A stretch of 40,799 nucleotides of DNA from the IMG/VR virus record IMGVR_UViG_2698536687_000008, positions 1-40,799 of that record. One strand, given 5' to 3'. The position numbers were made by a program, and so were the translations under genes. The notes below the pieces were generated by a model. It had not been told where the DNA came from. It worked only from the letters and a program-made list of their open reading frames with translations, and made no database searches. This DNA comes from a virus. Lineage: Duplodnaviria > Heunggongvirae > Uroviricota > Caudoviricetes. Each line of letters begins with the position of its first letter. Positions within the stretch are counted from its first letter, which is position 1. Positions 23,183 to 31,755 of the stretch are shown here, in pieces.

Positions 23183-23725
23183 TTAATTAGTGAGTCCGGG
23201 GATTACGGTTTGCCCGTGCTGTTCAAGGCGTTCAATTCTCGCCATTAGCTGAGGCTTCTTAATTTTTCCCCAGCGATTAAGCAGGCGACCTGACATGCTG
23301 GCAACATCCTTCTCTTTCATGTACTCCAGCATTACGGCATTTCTCTCTTCTTCAAATTGACGATGACCAACCTGAAGCATGGCGTACATCCAGTTGAATG
23401 CGTTGATGTAAGCAATTTTGATACGCATTGCTTCTTTTTTGGTGTAGGACATAACCAAAAGCATCAACCCATCCTTGCGGAGACGGTAGAATTTTTGCGG
23501 CTTACCATTCTGTAACTCATTGTTTTTATAGCAAAGCTCAAAGTTGAGCTTTGCATCAAACTCAGGAGGGCAAGCTTCTATGGTTCGCTCAATGTCACGG
23601 ACTACGTTCTTCGGCAGCTTTCCAAATGCTTTTGCCACCATAAAAGAATCTGTAACCGGATCGTTGTTTGCTACAAAAATTAGGTCTCTGAAATCTATAT
23701 CGTTAACAACGGTTGGGTAGTTCAT
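23183..23725 (-). CDS. Rha-family phage regulatory protein
   Basis: 180 aa; N-terminal LIFVANNDPVTDSFMVAKAFGK pattern typical of the Rha domain; P22 has rha in this position. Confidence 0.65.
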   Translation of the reverse strand: MNYPTVVNDIDFRDLIFVANNDPVTDSFMVAKAFGKLPKNVVRDIERTIEACPPEFDAKLNFELCYKNNELQNGKPQKFYRLRKDGLMLLVMSYTKKEAMRIKIAYINAFNWMYAMLQVGHRQFEEERNAVMLEYMKEKDVASMSGRLLNRWGKIKKPQLMARIERLEQHGQTVIPGLTN

Positions 23726-23873
23726 TGCGTCTTTACCTTTTAGAAAGATGAGCCTGTTCGCACAGAAAAGCCGTCCCCGAGATGGTCGCCACCATATACG
23801 GCAATTCTCAGGCTCAGCTTTCTGAAAGACTCGGGATTGTTACGCGCTGCGATGCGCGGTTTACTGCAGATGT

Positions 23874-23897
23874 AAAAAAGCCCCGCAAATGCGAGGC
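23874..23897 (-). terminator. Rho-independent terminator downstream of the lysis cassette
   Basis: Minus strand GCCTCGC-ATTT-GCGGGGC (7-bp stem with one G.U pair) followed by TTTTTT. Confidence 0.5.
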
Positions 23898-24071
23898 TAA
23901 ATCCTGGTATTTGTAATGACTGGCTCTTATCTCAACGCAGCCCCTTACCGCGCGCCAGATGCTCAATATCAAGCATCAGCAATGAGATGTTTAATCTGGA
24001 TTCACTCCAGAAGTGATCACCACCTTGTCTACAGAGCCAGATGTGAAGGATGATGAGTAAAATTATCGCTA

Positions 24072-24509
24072 TCATCGAAGGCATTGCGTCCTGATGTACT
24101 CCTGCAGGTAGTTAACCTGCGCGGTTATCCTGTCGATTCCACTTCGTAGACGGTAATAATTGAGTTCAGCATCTGCTGTAAGTCTTGGGCTTTCTCCATT
24201 GCCCATGCCGCTGGCTCCGGTCGTTGACTTTGCACAGGTGGCGGCGACTTGCAGGCGCTTACGCCCAGCAGAAACATCAGCACGGAGACTTTCGATAGTC
24301 GCGTTAGCATCAGCAAGCTCCTTTGTGTATCTGGCGTCGAGTTCTGCTACATCACGTTGACGCTTCTGCATGTCAGCGATGATGGATGCTGCCTTATCGC
24401 GCTGCTCTTTGTAGGCGATGGCGTTATCGCGGTAATGATTAACAGTCCATGACAGGCAGACGATGATGCAGATAACCAGAGAGGAGATAATCGCGGTTAC
24501 TCTGCTCAT
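24072..24509 (-). CDS. Spanin inner-membrane subunit Rz (i-spanin)
   Basis: 145 aa with N-terminal TM helix and coiled-coil; follows endolysin; contains embedded Rz1. Confidence 0.85.
   Translation of the reverse strand: MSRVTAIISSLVICIIVCLSWTVNHYRDNAIAYKEQRDKAASIIADMQKRQRDVAELDARYTKELADANATIESLRADVSAGRKRLQVAATCAKSTTGASGMGNGESPRLTADAELNYYRLRSGIDRITAQVNYLQEYIRTQCLR
24125..24310 (-). CDS. Spanin outer-membrane lipoprotein Rz1 (o-spanin), embedded in Rz +1 frame
   Basis: Lipobox LLGVSAC followed by proline-rich [13 protein letters not shown]; entirely inside the Rz gene. Confidence 0.7.
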   Translation of the reverse strand: MLTRLSKVSVLMFLLGVSACKSPPPVQSQRPEPAAWAMEKAQDLQQMLNSIITVYEVESTG

Positions 24510-24982
24510 ACCTCAATCTCTCTGACCGTTCCACCTGCTTCTTTGAATTTTGCAATCAGGCTGTCTGCCTTATGCTCGAACTGACCATAACCAGCACCCG
24601 GCAGTGAAGCCCAGATATTGCTGCAACGGTCGATTGCCTGACGGATATCACCGCGATCAATCATCGGTAAAGCGCCACGCTCTTTAATCTGTTGCAATGC
24701 CACAGCGTCCTGGCTTTTTGGAGAGAAGTCTTTCAGGCCAAGCTGCTTGCGGTAGGCATCCCACCAACGGGAAAGAAGCTGGTAACGTCCGGCGGCTGTT
24801 GATTTGAGTTTTGGGTTTAGCGTGACAAGTTTGCGAGGGTGATCGGAGTAATCAGTGAATAGCTCTCCGCCTACAATGACGTCATAACCATGATTTCTGG
24901 TTTTCTGCCGTCCGTTATCAGTTCCCTCTGACCACGCCAGCATATCGAGGAACGCCTTACGTTGATTATTGATTTCCACCAT
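24506..24982 (-). CDS. R: Endolysin, lambda R-type lytic transglycosylase
   Basis: 158 aa, [39 protein letters not shown]..., essentially lambda R from memory. Confidence 0.95.
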   Translation of the reverse strand: MVEINNQRKAFLDMLAWSEGTDNGRQKTRNHGYDVIVGGELFTDYSDHPRKLVTLNPKLKSTAAGRYQLLSRWWDAYRKQLGLKDFSPKSQDAVALQQIKERGALPMIDRGDIRQAIDRCSNIWASLPGAGYGQFEHKADSLIAKFKEAGGTVREIEV

Positions 24983-25289
24983 CTTCTACTCCGGCTTTTT
25001 TAGCAGCGAAGCGTTTGATAAGCGAACCAATCGAGTCAGTACCGATGTAGCCGATGAACACGCTCGTTATATAAGCGAGATTGCTACTTAGTCCGGCGAA
25101 GTCGAGAAGGTCACGAATGAACCAGGCGATAATGGCGCACATCGTTGCGTCGATTACTGTTTTTGTAAACGCACCGCCATTGTATCTGCCGCGAAGGTAC
25201 GCCATTGCAAACGCAAGGATTGCCCCGATGCCTTGTTCCTTTGCCGCGAGAATGGCGGCTAACAGGTCATGTTTTTCTGGCATCTTCAT
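24966..25289 (-). CDS. S: Holin, lambda S-type (dual-start S107/S105)
   Basis: 107 aa, [39 protein letters not shown]..., lambda S with Met1-Lys-Met3 dual start. Confidence 0.95.
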   Translation of the reverse strand: MKMPEKHDLLAAILAAKEQGIGAILAFAMAYLRGRYNGGAFTKTVIDATMCAIIAWFIRDLLDFAGLSSNLAYITSVFIGYIGTDSIGSLIKRFAAKKAGVEDGGNQ

Positions 25290-25687
25290 GTCTTACCCCC
25301 AATAAGGGGATTTGCTCTATTTAATTAGGAATAAGGTCGATTACTGATAGAACAAATCCAGGCTACTGTGTTTAGTAATCAGATTTGTTCGTGACCGATA
25401 TGCACGGGCAAAACGGCAGGAGGTTGTTAGCGCGACCTCCTGCCACCCGCTTTCACGAAGGTCATGTGTAGAAGGCCGCAGCATAACTATCACTGATGAA
25501 TTCAGGATAGCCAGTGGCTACGGCTCAGTTTGGGTTGTGCTGTTGCTGGGCGGCGATGACGCCTGTACGCATTTGGTGATCCGGTTCTGCTTCCGGCATT
25601 CGCTTAATTCAGCACAACGGAAAGAGCACTCGGTGCATTTAAGCCAAGCCCCATAAGGGAGAATGCTCTTACCTGTTACACAGATAT

Positions 25688-25743
25688 AAAAAATCCCGAA
25701 ACCGTTATGCAGGCTCTAACTATTACCTGCGAACTGTTTCGGG
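25688..25743 (-). terminator. tR'-like intrinsic terminator of the late leader
   Basis: Minus strand CCCGAAAC...GTTTCGGG stem followed by ATTTTTTAT; matches the lambda tR' region from memory. Confidence 0.7.
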
Positions 25744-25870
25744 ATTGCATTTTACAGACCTCTCAGCCTGCGATGGTTGGAGTTCCAGACGATACGTCGA
25801 AGTGACCAACTAGGCGGAATCGGTAGTAAGCGCCGCCTCTTTTTATCTCACTACCACAACGAGCGAATTA
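25690..25870 (-). ncRNA. Lambda 6S-like late leader RNA (pR' to tR')
   Basis: Interval between the pR'-like promoter and the tR'-like terminator, ~180 nt; ends approximate. Confidence 0.45.
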
Positions 25871-25876
25871 ACCCAT

Positions 25877-25905
25877 CGTTGGGTCAAATTTACCCAACTT
25901 TATTC
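25877..25905 (-). promoter_or_regulatory. pR'-like late promoter (Q antitermination target)
   Basis: Minus strand TTGACT-17 bp-TAAATT downstream of Q; sequence context matches lambda pR'/qut from memory. Confidence 0.6.
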
Positions 25906-25957
25906 AAAAAGTCAATATCATGCCGTTAATATGTTGCCATCCGTGGCAATCATGCTG

Positions 25958-26581
25958 CTAACGTGTGACCGCATTCAAAATGTTGTCTGCGATTGACTCT
26001 TCTTTGTGGCATTGCACCACCAGAGCGTCATACAGCGGCTTAACAGTGCGTGACCAGGTGGGTTGGGTAAGGTTTGGGATTAGCATCGTTACAGCGCGAT
26101 ATGCGGCGCTTGCTGGCATTCTTGAATAGCCGACACCTTTGCATCTTCCGCACTCTTTCTCAACAACTCTCCCCCACTGCTCCGTTTTGGCTATATCAAC
26201 CGCACGGCCTGTACCGTGGCAATCTCTGCATCTTGCCCCCGGCGTCGCGGCACTACGGCAATAATCCGCATAAGCGAATGTTGCGAGCACTTGCAGTACC
26301 TTTGCCTTAGTATTTCCTTCAAGCTTTGCCACACCACGGTATTTCCCCGATACCTTGTGTGCAAATTGCATCAGATAGTTGATAGCCTTTTGTTTGTCGT
26401 TCTGGCTGAGTTCGTGCTTACCGCAGAATGCAGCCATACCGAATCCGGCTTGTGATTGCGCCATCCCCATAGCAGCCATCACATCAGTACCGGAAAGAGA
26501 GTCAGAAGCCGTGGCCCGTGGTGAGTCGCTCATCATCGGGCTTTTTGGCGAATGAAATTTAGCTACGCTTTCGAGTCTCAT
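25958..26581 (-). CDS. Q: Late-gene antiterminator Q (lambda-type)
   Basis: 207 aa, MRLESVAKFHSPKSPMMSDSPRATASDSL... with Cys-rich zinc-binding region; near-identical to lambda Q from memory. Confidence 0.95.
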   Translation of the reverse strand: MRLESVAKFHSPKSPMMSDSPRATASDSLSGTDVMAAMGMAQSQAGFGMAAFCGKHELSQNDKQKAINYLMQFAHKVSGKYRGVAKLEGNTKAKVLQVLATFAYADYCRSAATPGARCRDCHGTGRAVDIAKTEQWGRVVEKECGRCKGVGYSRMPASAAYRAVTMLIPNLTQPTWSRTVKPLYDALVVQCHKEESIADNILNAVTR

Positions 26582-26766
26582 GGTCTACCCCTCTTGCCCT
26601 GTTTGACCATCAGGACGCCGTTAACTATTACGTGACGCTCACCTTTGCTGTCTCGGTTGTACTTGAGCACTGTTCCTCTTGCGCAGGAAAGCATCCTTGC
26701 CACTTCGGTCTGATTGCCTCGTGTCTGGATAAGAAGTTCTGGTATCGTTTGAATTGTGGCGTTCAT
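26578..26766 (-). CDS. ninH: NinH-like protein
   Basis: 62 aa directly upstream of Q as in lambda nin region; putative HTH. Confidence 0.7.
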   Translation of the reverse strand: MNATIQTIPELLIQTRGNQTEVARMLSCARGTVLKYNRDSKGERHVIVNGVLMVKQGKRGRP

Positions 26767-27125
26767 ACGTTCTCCAGTTCGGTGATTTTTATTCCAAGCC
26801 TTCCGCCAGGTACTTTCACGCCACGAATTACGCGAATGTCATCGAATTGCTCGTCGTCTTCCGCAAATCCGGCGTGGATAAGGGAGTCGAGTAAACCTTT
26901 CAGGATGTTGTCGAGGTCGCGGCGGCGGGAGTCCGGAACGTCTGCGATTACTTTGATGCGGAGTCGTGATTTGGTGAAAATGTCTAACTTAAGTTGGCGG
27001 ATGATTTGCTGAACGTCTTTTCGGTATTTCTGGCCTTTATCGCTGATGTAGTATTGGCTTCCCCGTCTTCGCCAGTAGGTATTCACCGACGGCGGGTATG
27101 GAAGCACAAACTGATATTCGTTCAT
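26763..27125 (-). CDS. rusA: Holliday-junction resolvase RusA
   Basis: 120 aa, MNEYQFVLPYPPSVNTYWRRRG... with conserved acidic residues; typical nin-region RusA. Confidence 0.85.
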   Translation of the reverse strand: MNEYQFVLPYPPSVNTYWRRRGSQYYISDKGQKYRKDVQQIIRQLKLDIFTKSRLRIKVIADVPDSRRRDLDNILKGLLDSLIHAGFAEDDEQFDDIRVIRGVKVPGGRLGIKITELENV

Positions 27126-27412
27126 GGCTTAATCTTCCCCTCCTTCAGTAGTATCGCCTGCGTCCTGATCACGCCTTCGAGGTGGTAAAGTCTGGCGTCT
27201 TTGTTGTCGAGATTATGGGTGCGTCGGTCGATTTCATCGTGACACGCGCTACAAGCCCATGCGCCGATCAGGTCGTCAGGCTTCATTCCCGTTCCGCAAA
27301 TTCCAGCCATCCGGTAATGTGCCAGAACTGTAGTTTCAGGATTACCATTGCATACGCCGTAAATACGTACCTGGCATTCTCTGCCGCGTGCTTCTTTGCG
27401 TAGATTAGCCAT
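27122..27412 (-). CDS. YbcO-like DUF1364 protein (putative metal-binding nuclease)
   Basis: 96 aa with Cys/His ligand pattern (CQVR...CNGNPE...CSACHDEIDRRTH) resembling DLP12 YbcO. Confidence 0.7.
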   Translation of the reverse strand: MANLRKEARGRECQVRIYGVCNGNPETTVLAHYRMAGICGTGMKPDDLIGAWACSACHDEIDRRTHNLDNKDARLYHLEGVIRTQAILLKEGKIKP

Positions 27413-28134
27413 TAAGCAGCCTCCCCTGTTACTTTCAGCATTCCGTTATCGAGCAGCTTTCTGGTCAGCCACTGTTGACCACGCCCGGTGATTTTTGTGG
27501 TGAACGATATCTGTATTCCGTGATTTGTGTTGACCGCTGTTTCTTTCACTGTGAAATAGCCGCGATCCATATATTCCTGCATTGGCACATTGCGCCGGGA
27601 ACCTGAAGCAATAAGGATTTTGTGATCGCGCATCCACGCAAACAGTTTGTTTGGACCAATACCGACAACCTTTGCAAAGTTTCCAATCAAAATTCCGCTG
27701 GCCTCGCCAACGCGATCGGCAAACTCAACTTTAGGTGCGGCAATTGCAAGCTGGTTTTCCAGTTGCATTTTCTGCTCAGCAAGATCAGCAGCAAGGCGCA
27801 ACGCTTCCGGTAGCGTTTTGGGGATATTAACCGCAGCTTCTTCAAGATCTCGCCAGCGGTCAACAAGGCGAGCGGTGAACTCTGGCGACAACTGGGCAAC
27901 AACAACAATACTATCTCGCTTACCTTGTTCGCCTTCGAAGACGTAATGCTCGTACTGAACATTGAACCCTAAGTTATTGATTCTTTCGGAAACCTCAATT
28001 TGAGGAAGCCGGATAACACCATTTTTAGCCAGCGTTTCGATGGTACGTTTCACATTGTCATGACGCTTACCCACCAACTCAGCGATTTCAATGCTTGTCA
28101 TTTTGATGGCATTGCCATTTATTAACTCATTCAT
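27412..28134 (-). CDS. Antirepressor-like protein (Rha/Bro-type N-terminal domain plus KilAC-type C-terminal domain)
   Basis: 240 aa; domain pattern inferred from sequence, not searched. Confidence 0.65.
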   Translation of the reverse strand: MNELINGNAIKMTSIEIAELVGKRHDNVKRTIETLAKNGVIRLPQIEVSERINNLGFNVQYEHYVFEGEQGKRDSIVVVAQLSPEFTARLVDRWRDLEEAAVNIPKTLPEALRLAADLAEQKMQLENQLAIAAPKVEFADRVGEASGILIGNFAKVVGIGPNKLFAWMRDHKILIASGSRRNVPMQEYMDRGYFTVKETAVNTNHGIQISFTTKITGRGQQWLTRKLLDNGMLKVTGEAA

Positions 28135-28297
28135 CGTCTTCTTCCTCGTACATTGAGCTATTCGGATCGCTCATCAGTTCTGCGCAGCAGTGCTCACACA
28201 CGTGAACTTCCAGCACATGCAGCTTCTGACCGCAGTTAGCGCACGTTAAAGCCCGCTCGACGCTTTGTTGTTCGTAACTTCGATTTGGGTCAATCAC
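28127..28297 (-). CDS. NinF-like small Cys-rich protein
   Basis: GTG start overlapping upstream stop (GTGA); 56 aa with [20 protein letters not shown] zinc-ribbon-like motif and acidic tail; not in ORF track. Confidence 0.5.
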   Translation of the reverse strand: MIDPNRSYEQQSVERALTCANCGQKLHVLEVHVCEHCCAELMSDPNSSMYEEEDDE

Positions 28298-28476
28298 CTT
28301 GTTTTCCTCGCACGTTCTCTAAGCCACCGGATATCCCACAGGTGAGCCGTGTAGTTGAAGGTTTTTACGTCAGATTCTTTCGGGATTGGCTTGCGTTTAT
28401 TTCTGGAGCGTTTCGTTGGAAGGTATTTGCAGTTTTCGCAGATTATGTCGGTGATACTTCGTCGCTGTCGTCTCAT
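28294..28476 (-). CDS. NinE-like small basic protein
   Basis: 60 aa from internal Met of the track ORF ([27 protein letters not shown]...); start overlaps the methyltransferase stop. Confidence 0.55.
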   Translation of the reverse strand: MRRQRRSITDIICENCKYLPTKRSRNKRKPIPKESDVKTFNYTAHLWDIRWLRERARKTR

Positions 28477-29000
28477 GCCGCCCTCCTGGCGCCCTGTCCG
28501 ATCGCCATCAATGCCGATTTGGATACGGTAGTAAACATCCGTCGAGGACTGATGAACGGTCGCCAAATCAGCAGCATGGAACCTTTGCTGTTTCCCTTCT
28601 TCTCTAGCCCTGTCGATGGTTCGATAAAATTAATCCGTCCATCAGTGATAATACGAACTTCGTCGACACTCTCCAGAGCCTTGCTGAACCATCCGACTGA
28701 CATATCCTCTGGCACAAGCATCACTACCGTCTGTCGCTGTTGTATGCACTGCTCAGCGGCTTTTTCCACCCACGGCCTGATATTGCTGTACGGTGGGTTA
28801 TTCCAGATTGCACCGTGGCTTACCCACTCAGAATTGAGCGCGTCGTCGGCCTCAGTTAGCCAGTGAGCGCACAGAGCATTTTTGTCGCTCGCTGCCGAAT
28901 CCAGACAGAATCCAAACTCAATATCCAGTGCATCAAAAAGCCAAAGCGGCGTTTGCCAGCAGTCCTTGTCGTGTGCTGGCGTATTTGATTTGATAGTCAT
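28473..29000 (-). CDS. Phage N6-adenine DNA methyltransferase (Dam-like, orphan)
   Basis: From [31 protein letters not shown]..., with NPPY catalytic motif ([10 protein letters not shown]); start overlaps NinB stop. Confidence 0.75.
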   Translation of the reverse strand: MTIKSNTPAHDKDCWQTPLWLFDALDIEFGFCLDSAASDKNALCAHWLTEADDALNSEWVSHGAIWNNPPYSNIRPWVEKAAEQCIQQRQTVVMLVPEDMSVGWFSKALESVDEVRIITDGRINFIEPSTGLEKKGNSKGSMLLIWRPFISPRRMFTTVSKSALMAIGQGARRAA

Positions 29001-29437
29001 GCAGCCCGATCTCCCCATCGCGCTTTCCATTCGAGAGCCAGTCGCGCTTCGTCTGACCACTTAACGCCACGTTCTGTACCGAATGCCTGTATAAGCTCTA
29101 ATAGCTCCGCAAATTCGTTTACACGCATCCTGCTGGTTGACTGGCCTATTACCACAAAGCCATTCCCGGCAAGGTTAGGAACAACGTCTTGCTGCTTTAA
29201 TGCTGCGGTAAACACACACTTCCAGCTTTCTGCATCCAGCCAGCGACCATGCCATTCAACCTGACGAGAGACGTCACCAAGGCAAGCCCAAAGCTTTCGA
29301 TTCTGGTCTAAGCTGCGGTTGCGTTCCTGAATGGTTACTACGATTGGTTTGGTTGGGTCTGGAAGGATTTGCTGGATAGCTTGAATGGCGTTCTGCTGAT
29401 GGATGGGGCTTCTTAGTTCAAACATTAGTTTCCTCAT
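28997..29437 (-). CDS. ninB: NinB (Orf-family recombination mediator)
   Basis: 146 aa, near-colinear with lambda NinB from memory (…IQERNRSLDQNRKLWACLGDVSRQVEWHGRWLD…). Confidence 0.8.
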   Translation of the reverse strand: MRKLMFELRSPIHQQNAIQAIQQILPDPTKPIVVTIQERNRSLDQNRKLWACLGDVSRQVEWHGRWLDAESWKCVFTAALKQQDVVPNLAGNGFVVIGQSTSRMRVNEFAELLELIQAFGTERGVKWSDEARLALEWKARWGDRAA

Positions 29438-29654
29438 GGGATGAACTCCAGTTTGTGATGTTAAATTCCCATTTAATTACCTTTGCATACCCAATTTTGA
29501 ACCCATCAATACCTATCCACCGCTTGCCACTCCAATAAGCTGTACCACTTTGCTTGAAATGATGTGGATGCCTAGATTGAGTGGTCACAGTTACAGGTAA
29601 ATATGGCTTCGGGTATTCCCCATTCCCTGGATAACCAGATTTAATTTTGCTCAT
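29418..29654 (-). CDS. Hypothetical protein (78 aa)
   Basis: ATG 29654 with RBS GAGGGTA; overlaps NinB start by 20 nt; no recognisable family. Confidence 0.45.
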   Translation of the reverse strand: MSKIKSGYPGNGEYPKPYLPVTVTTQSRHPHHFKQSGTAYWSGKRWIGIDGFKIGYAKVIKWEFNITNWSSSHEETNV

Positions 29655-29977
29655 TGATACCCTCTCTCACTTAGTCGCCTCCACGCTTCGTTAAACTCTT
29701 CTCGAGTTGCGCCGGATTTTCTTTCTTCAAACATCATGCACTCGCTGATGTCTCCCCATGACTTTGGTCGCTTTTCAGCGAACAGGTCATCCCATTCGAA
29801 TACCCAGCGGCCTGATTTTCGGTAGTGGTAAATGGTCAGCCATGTTGTGCAGTTAGCTGGATACCCATAGAGAACTTCGACTTTTTGATCACGGTCTTTA
29901 TGCTTTTTCAGCAGGATAAAGCCAGCAACCAGCGAAGCTCCGGCAAGAATGACGATTGGAATTTGCCAGTCAGCCAC
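29651..29977 (-). CDS. Hypothetical membrane-anchored protein (108 aa, GTG start)
   Basis: Strong RBS GGGGGAGAGGGAAG then GTG; N-terminal TM helix IPIVILAGASLVAGFILL followed by a charged soluble domain. Confidence 0.5.
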   Translation of the reverse strand: MADWQIPIVILAGASLVAGFILLKKHKDRDQKVEVLYGYPANCTTWLTIYHYRKSGRWVFEWDDLFAEKRPKSWGDISECMMFEERKSGATREEFNEAWRRLSERGYQ

Positions 29978-29992
29978 ACTTCCCTCTCCCCC

Positions 29993-30024
29993 AAATAAAA
30001 AGGCCTGCGATTACCAGCAGGCCT
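29993..30024 (-). terminator. tR2-like rho-independent terminator inside the early-right operon
   Basis: Minus strand 8-bp stem AGGCCTGC/GCAGGCCT followed by TTTTTATTTGG; sits between the helicase-proximal ORF and the nin-side genes. Confidence 0.6.
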
Positions 30025-30049
30025 GTTATTAGCTCAGTGATGTAGATGG

Positions 30050-30319
30050 TCATTGCTTCATCTCCCTTTCCATTTCATCAATGTCAACGTCATCAGGAAG
30101 ATGGGAGCAGTACGCCGCTATACCATGATGATTTATCTCATACCCTTTGAACGTTACCATCTGGTGCGTAATCTCAACTTCACTCAGGAATCCGTCATCG
30201 CATAACTGCCTGGCTATTTTCGATTTGGTCTGGATTATTGGTAGTGCCTGTTCTTTCAAAGCGCATGATATTTGTGCATCCCATGCCTTTTCGAGAATGG
30301 CTAATTGTTTTTTATTCAT
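30050..30319 (-). CDS. Hypothetical protein (89 aa) at the lambda ren position
   Basis: ATG overlaps helicase stop (ATGA); no similarity to lambda Ren recognised. Confidence 0.5.
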   Translation of the reverse strand: MNKKQLAILEKAWDAQISCALKEQALPIIQTKSKIARQLCDDGFLSEVEITHQMVTFKGYEINHHGIAAYCSHLPDDVDIDEMEREMKQ

Positions 30320-31755
30320 CAGAATCCTCCTTTCTTCTTGGACTGCGGTTCCTCGCGTTCACGGCGGCGCATTTCAGCAGACTGTTGGTCTGTGTCATAA
30401 ATAGCGCCATTTGCCTGAATGCAATACACCGTGCCGGTATTGCCATGACGATTGAGACGAAGGATTAGTTCAGTTTCACCAGGTGGAACACTGTCATCAA
30501 AAGCGCCTTCACGATGGATCCCGACCCAATAATCGCAATCCTGTTCAATCTGCCCTGTATCTCGTGAGTCACTTGGTAATGGGCGTTTATTGGTTCTGCT
30601 TTCCAGTGCGCGGTTAAGCTGTGTCAGAAGCACAACAACGCAATCAAGCTCTTTGGCAAGATTCTTCAGTCCTTTGGTGATCATGCCGTAAGCAAGGTCG
30701 TTGCGATCGGCCTTCTCAGCGGTCATTAGTGTCAGGTAATCGACCAGAATCATGCCAACACATCCTTTTTCTCGCTTGATTCGACGGCTTTCGCTGACGA
30801 TTTGAGCCAGAGATAATCCCGGCGTGTCGTCGATGTAAAGCAGGTCGATTTCACTCAAGCGATTGGCTGTTTCGATCGCCCTGTTGAAGTCACCATCGTA
30901 ATCACCCTGATAGCCGTCATCAGCGTCATTTGTCGCCGGAAGGTAAAAAATATTCGGGTTAACACCAGACTTCTGCCCTACCAGTTTTTCCAGTATCTGA
31001 TCACCTGGCATTTCAAGGCTGAACATCAAAGCGGGCTTTTTCTCATGCACTGCGCAATTGATTGCCATCTGGCTGTATAGCGTCGTTTTCCCCATCTTAG
31101 GGCGAGCGCCAATGACAAACAGAGAGCCTTTCACCAGACCTTTCGGTGACAGCATCCTGTCCAGCGATGGGATCCCTGTGCTCATTCCTCGTTGTTCGCC
31201 TGACGGGTCAAATCGCTTCTCAAGGTCGCTAACCCAGTCTTCCATGACCTCACCAAATGAGCGAAGGCCGCGACGCGATCCGGTTTTTGCATGGTCTGTC
31301 AGTTGCGTGAAAATCGCCTGAATAGCTTCGTACTTCTGCGTTGCAGTCATTCCGTTGCGGGAATAGAGCAATTCCGTCGCTTCAGTCATGCGGTTGATGG
31401 CGTAGCGTTCCATTGCGGTTTCACGAACCTGCATTGCATAGGCAACGATGTTTGCTGCGCTTGGCGTGTTCTTTGCGATCTCAGCGATATAAGCAAAACC
31501 GCCAACAGACGCCGTTAACGATTTACGCTCCAGTTCATCGAAAAGCGTCAGGCCATCTACTGGCTTTTGCTCCCGGTGCATTCTGGTTATTTCTTCGAAA
31601 AGGATTTTGTGTGGCCGGCTGTAAAATGAGTCAGGCTTCAGCATCGCCAGAACTTTCTGGACGCGCTCACTGCTGTCATCATCCAGAAGCAATCCACCAA
31701 TCACCGCCTGCTCTGCCTCGATGCTATGGGGCGGCGCATAAAAATTATCGGTCAT
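30319..31755 (-). CDS. Replicative DNA helicase, DnaB-like (P22 gene 12 analogue)
   Basis: From ATG 31755 (MTDNFYAPPHSIEAEQAVIGGLL...), Walker A GARPKMGKTT; N- and C-terminal DnaB domains. Confidence 0.9.
   Translation of the reverse strand: MTDNFYAPPHSIEAEQAVIGGLLLDDDSSERVQKVLAMLKPDSFYSRPHKILFEEITRMHREQKPVDGLTLFDELERKSLTASVGGFAYIAEIAKNTPSAANIVAYAMQVRETAMERYAINRMTEATELLYSRNGMTATQKYEAIQAIFTQLTDHAKTGSRRGLRSFGEVMEDWVSDLEKRFDPSGEQRGMSTGIPSLDRMLSPKGLVKGSLFVIGARPKMGKTTLYSQMAINCAVHEKKPALMFSLEMPGDQILEKLVGQKSGVNPNIFYLPATNDADDGYQGDYDGDFNRAIETANRLSEIDLLYIDDTPGLSLAQIVSESRRIKREKGCVGMILVDYLTLMTAEKADRNDLAYGMITKGLKNLAKELDCVVVLLTQLNRALESRTNKRPLPSDSRDTGQIEQDCDYWVGIHREGAFDDSVPPGETELILRLNRHGNTGTVYCIQANGAIYDTDQQSAEMRRREREEPQSKKKGGF

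Noticed and set aside
25415-25444. Second hairpin (GGCAGGAGG...CCTCCTGCC) about 130 bp upstream of S as an additional terminator
   Set aside because: The following U-run is weak (GTTTTG); it matches the lambda S leader region from memory and is probably leader structure, not a separate terminator.
25290-25957. Possible phage-encoded tRNA in the ORF-free 670-bp interval between Q and S
   Set aside because: The interval is fully accounted for by the lambda-type pR'/6S/tR' leader; no cloverleaf seen.
28285-28866. 193-aa plus-strand ORF
   Set aside because: Antisense to the Dam-like methyltransferase and NinE genes, which have far better support.
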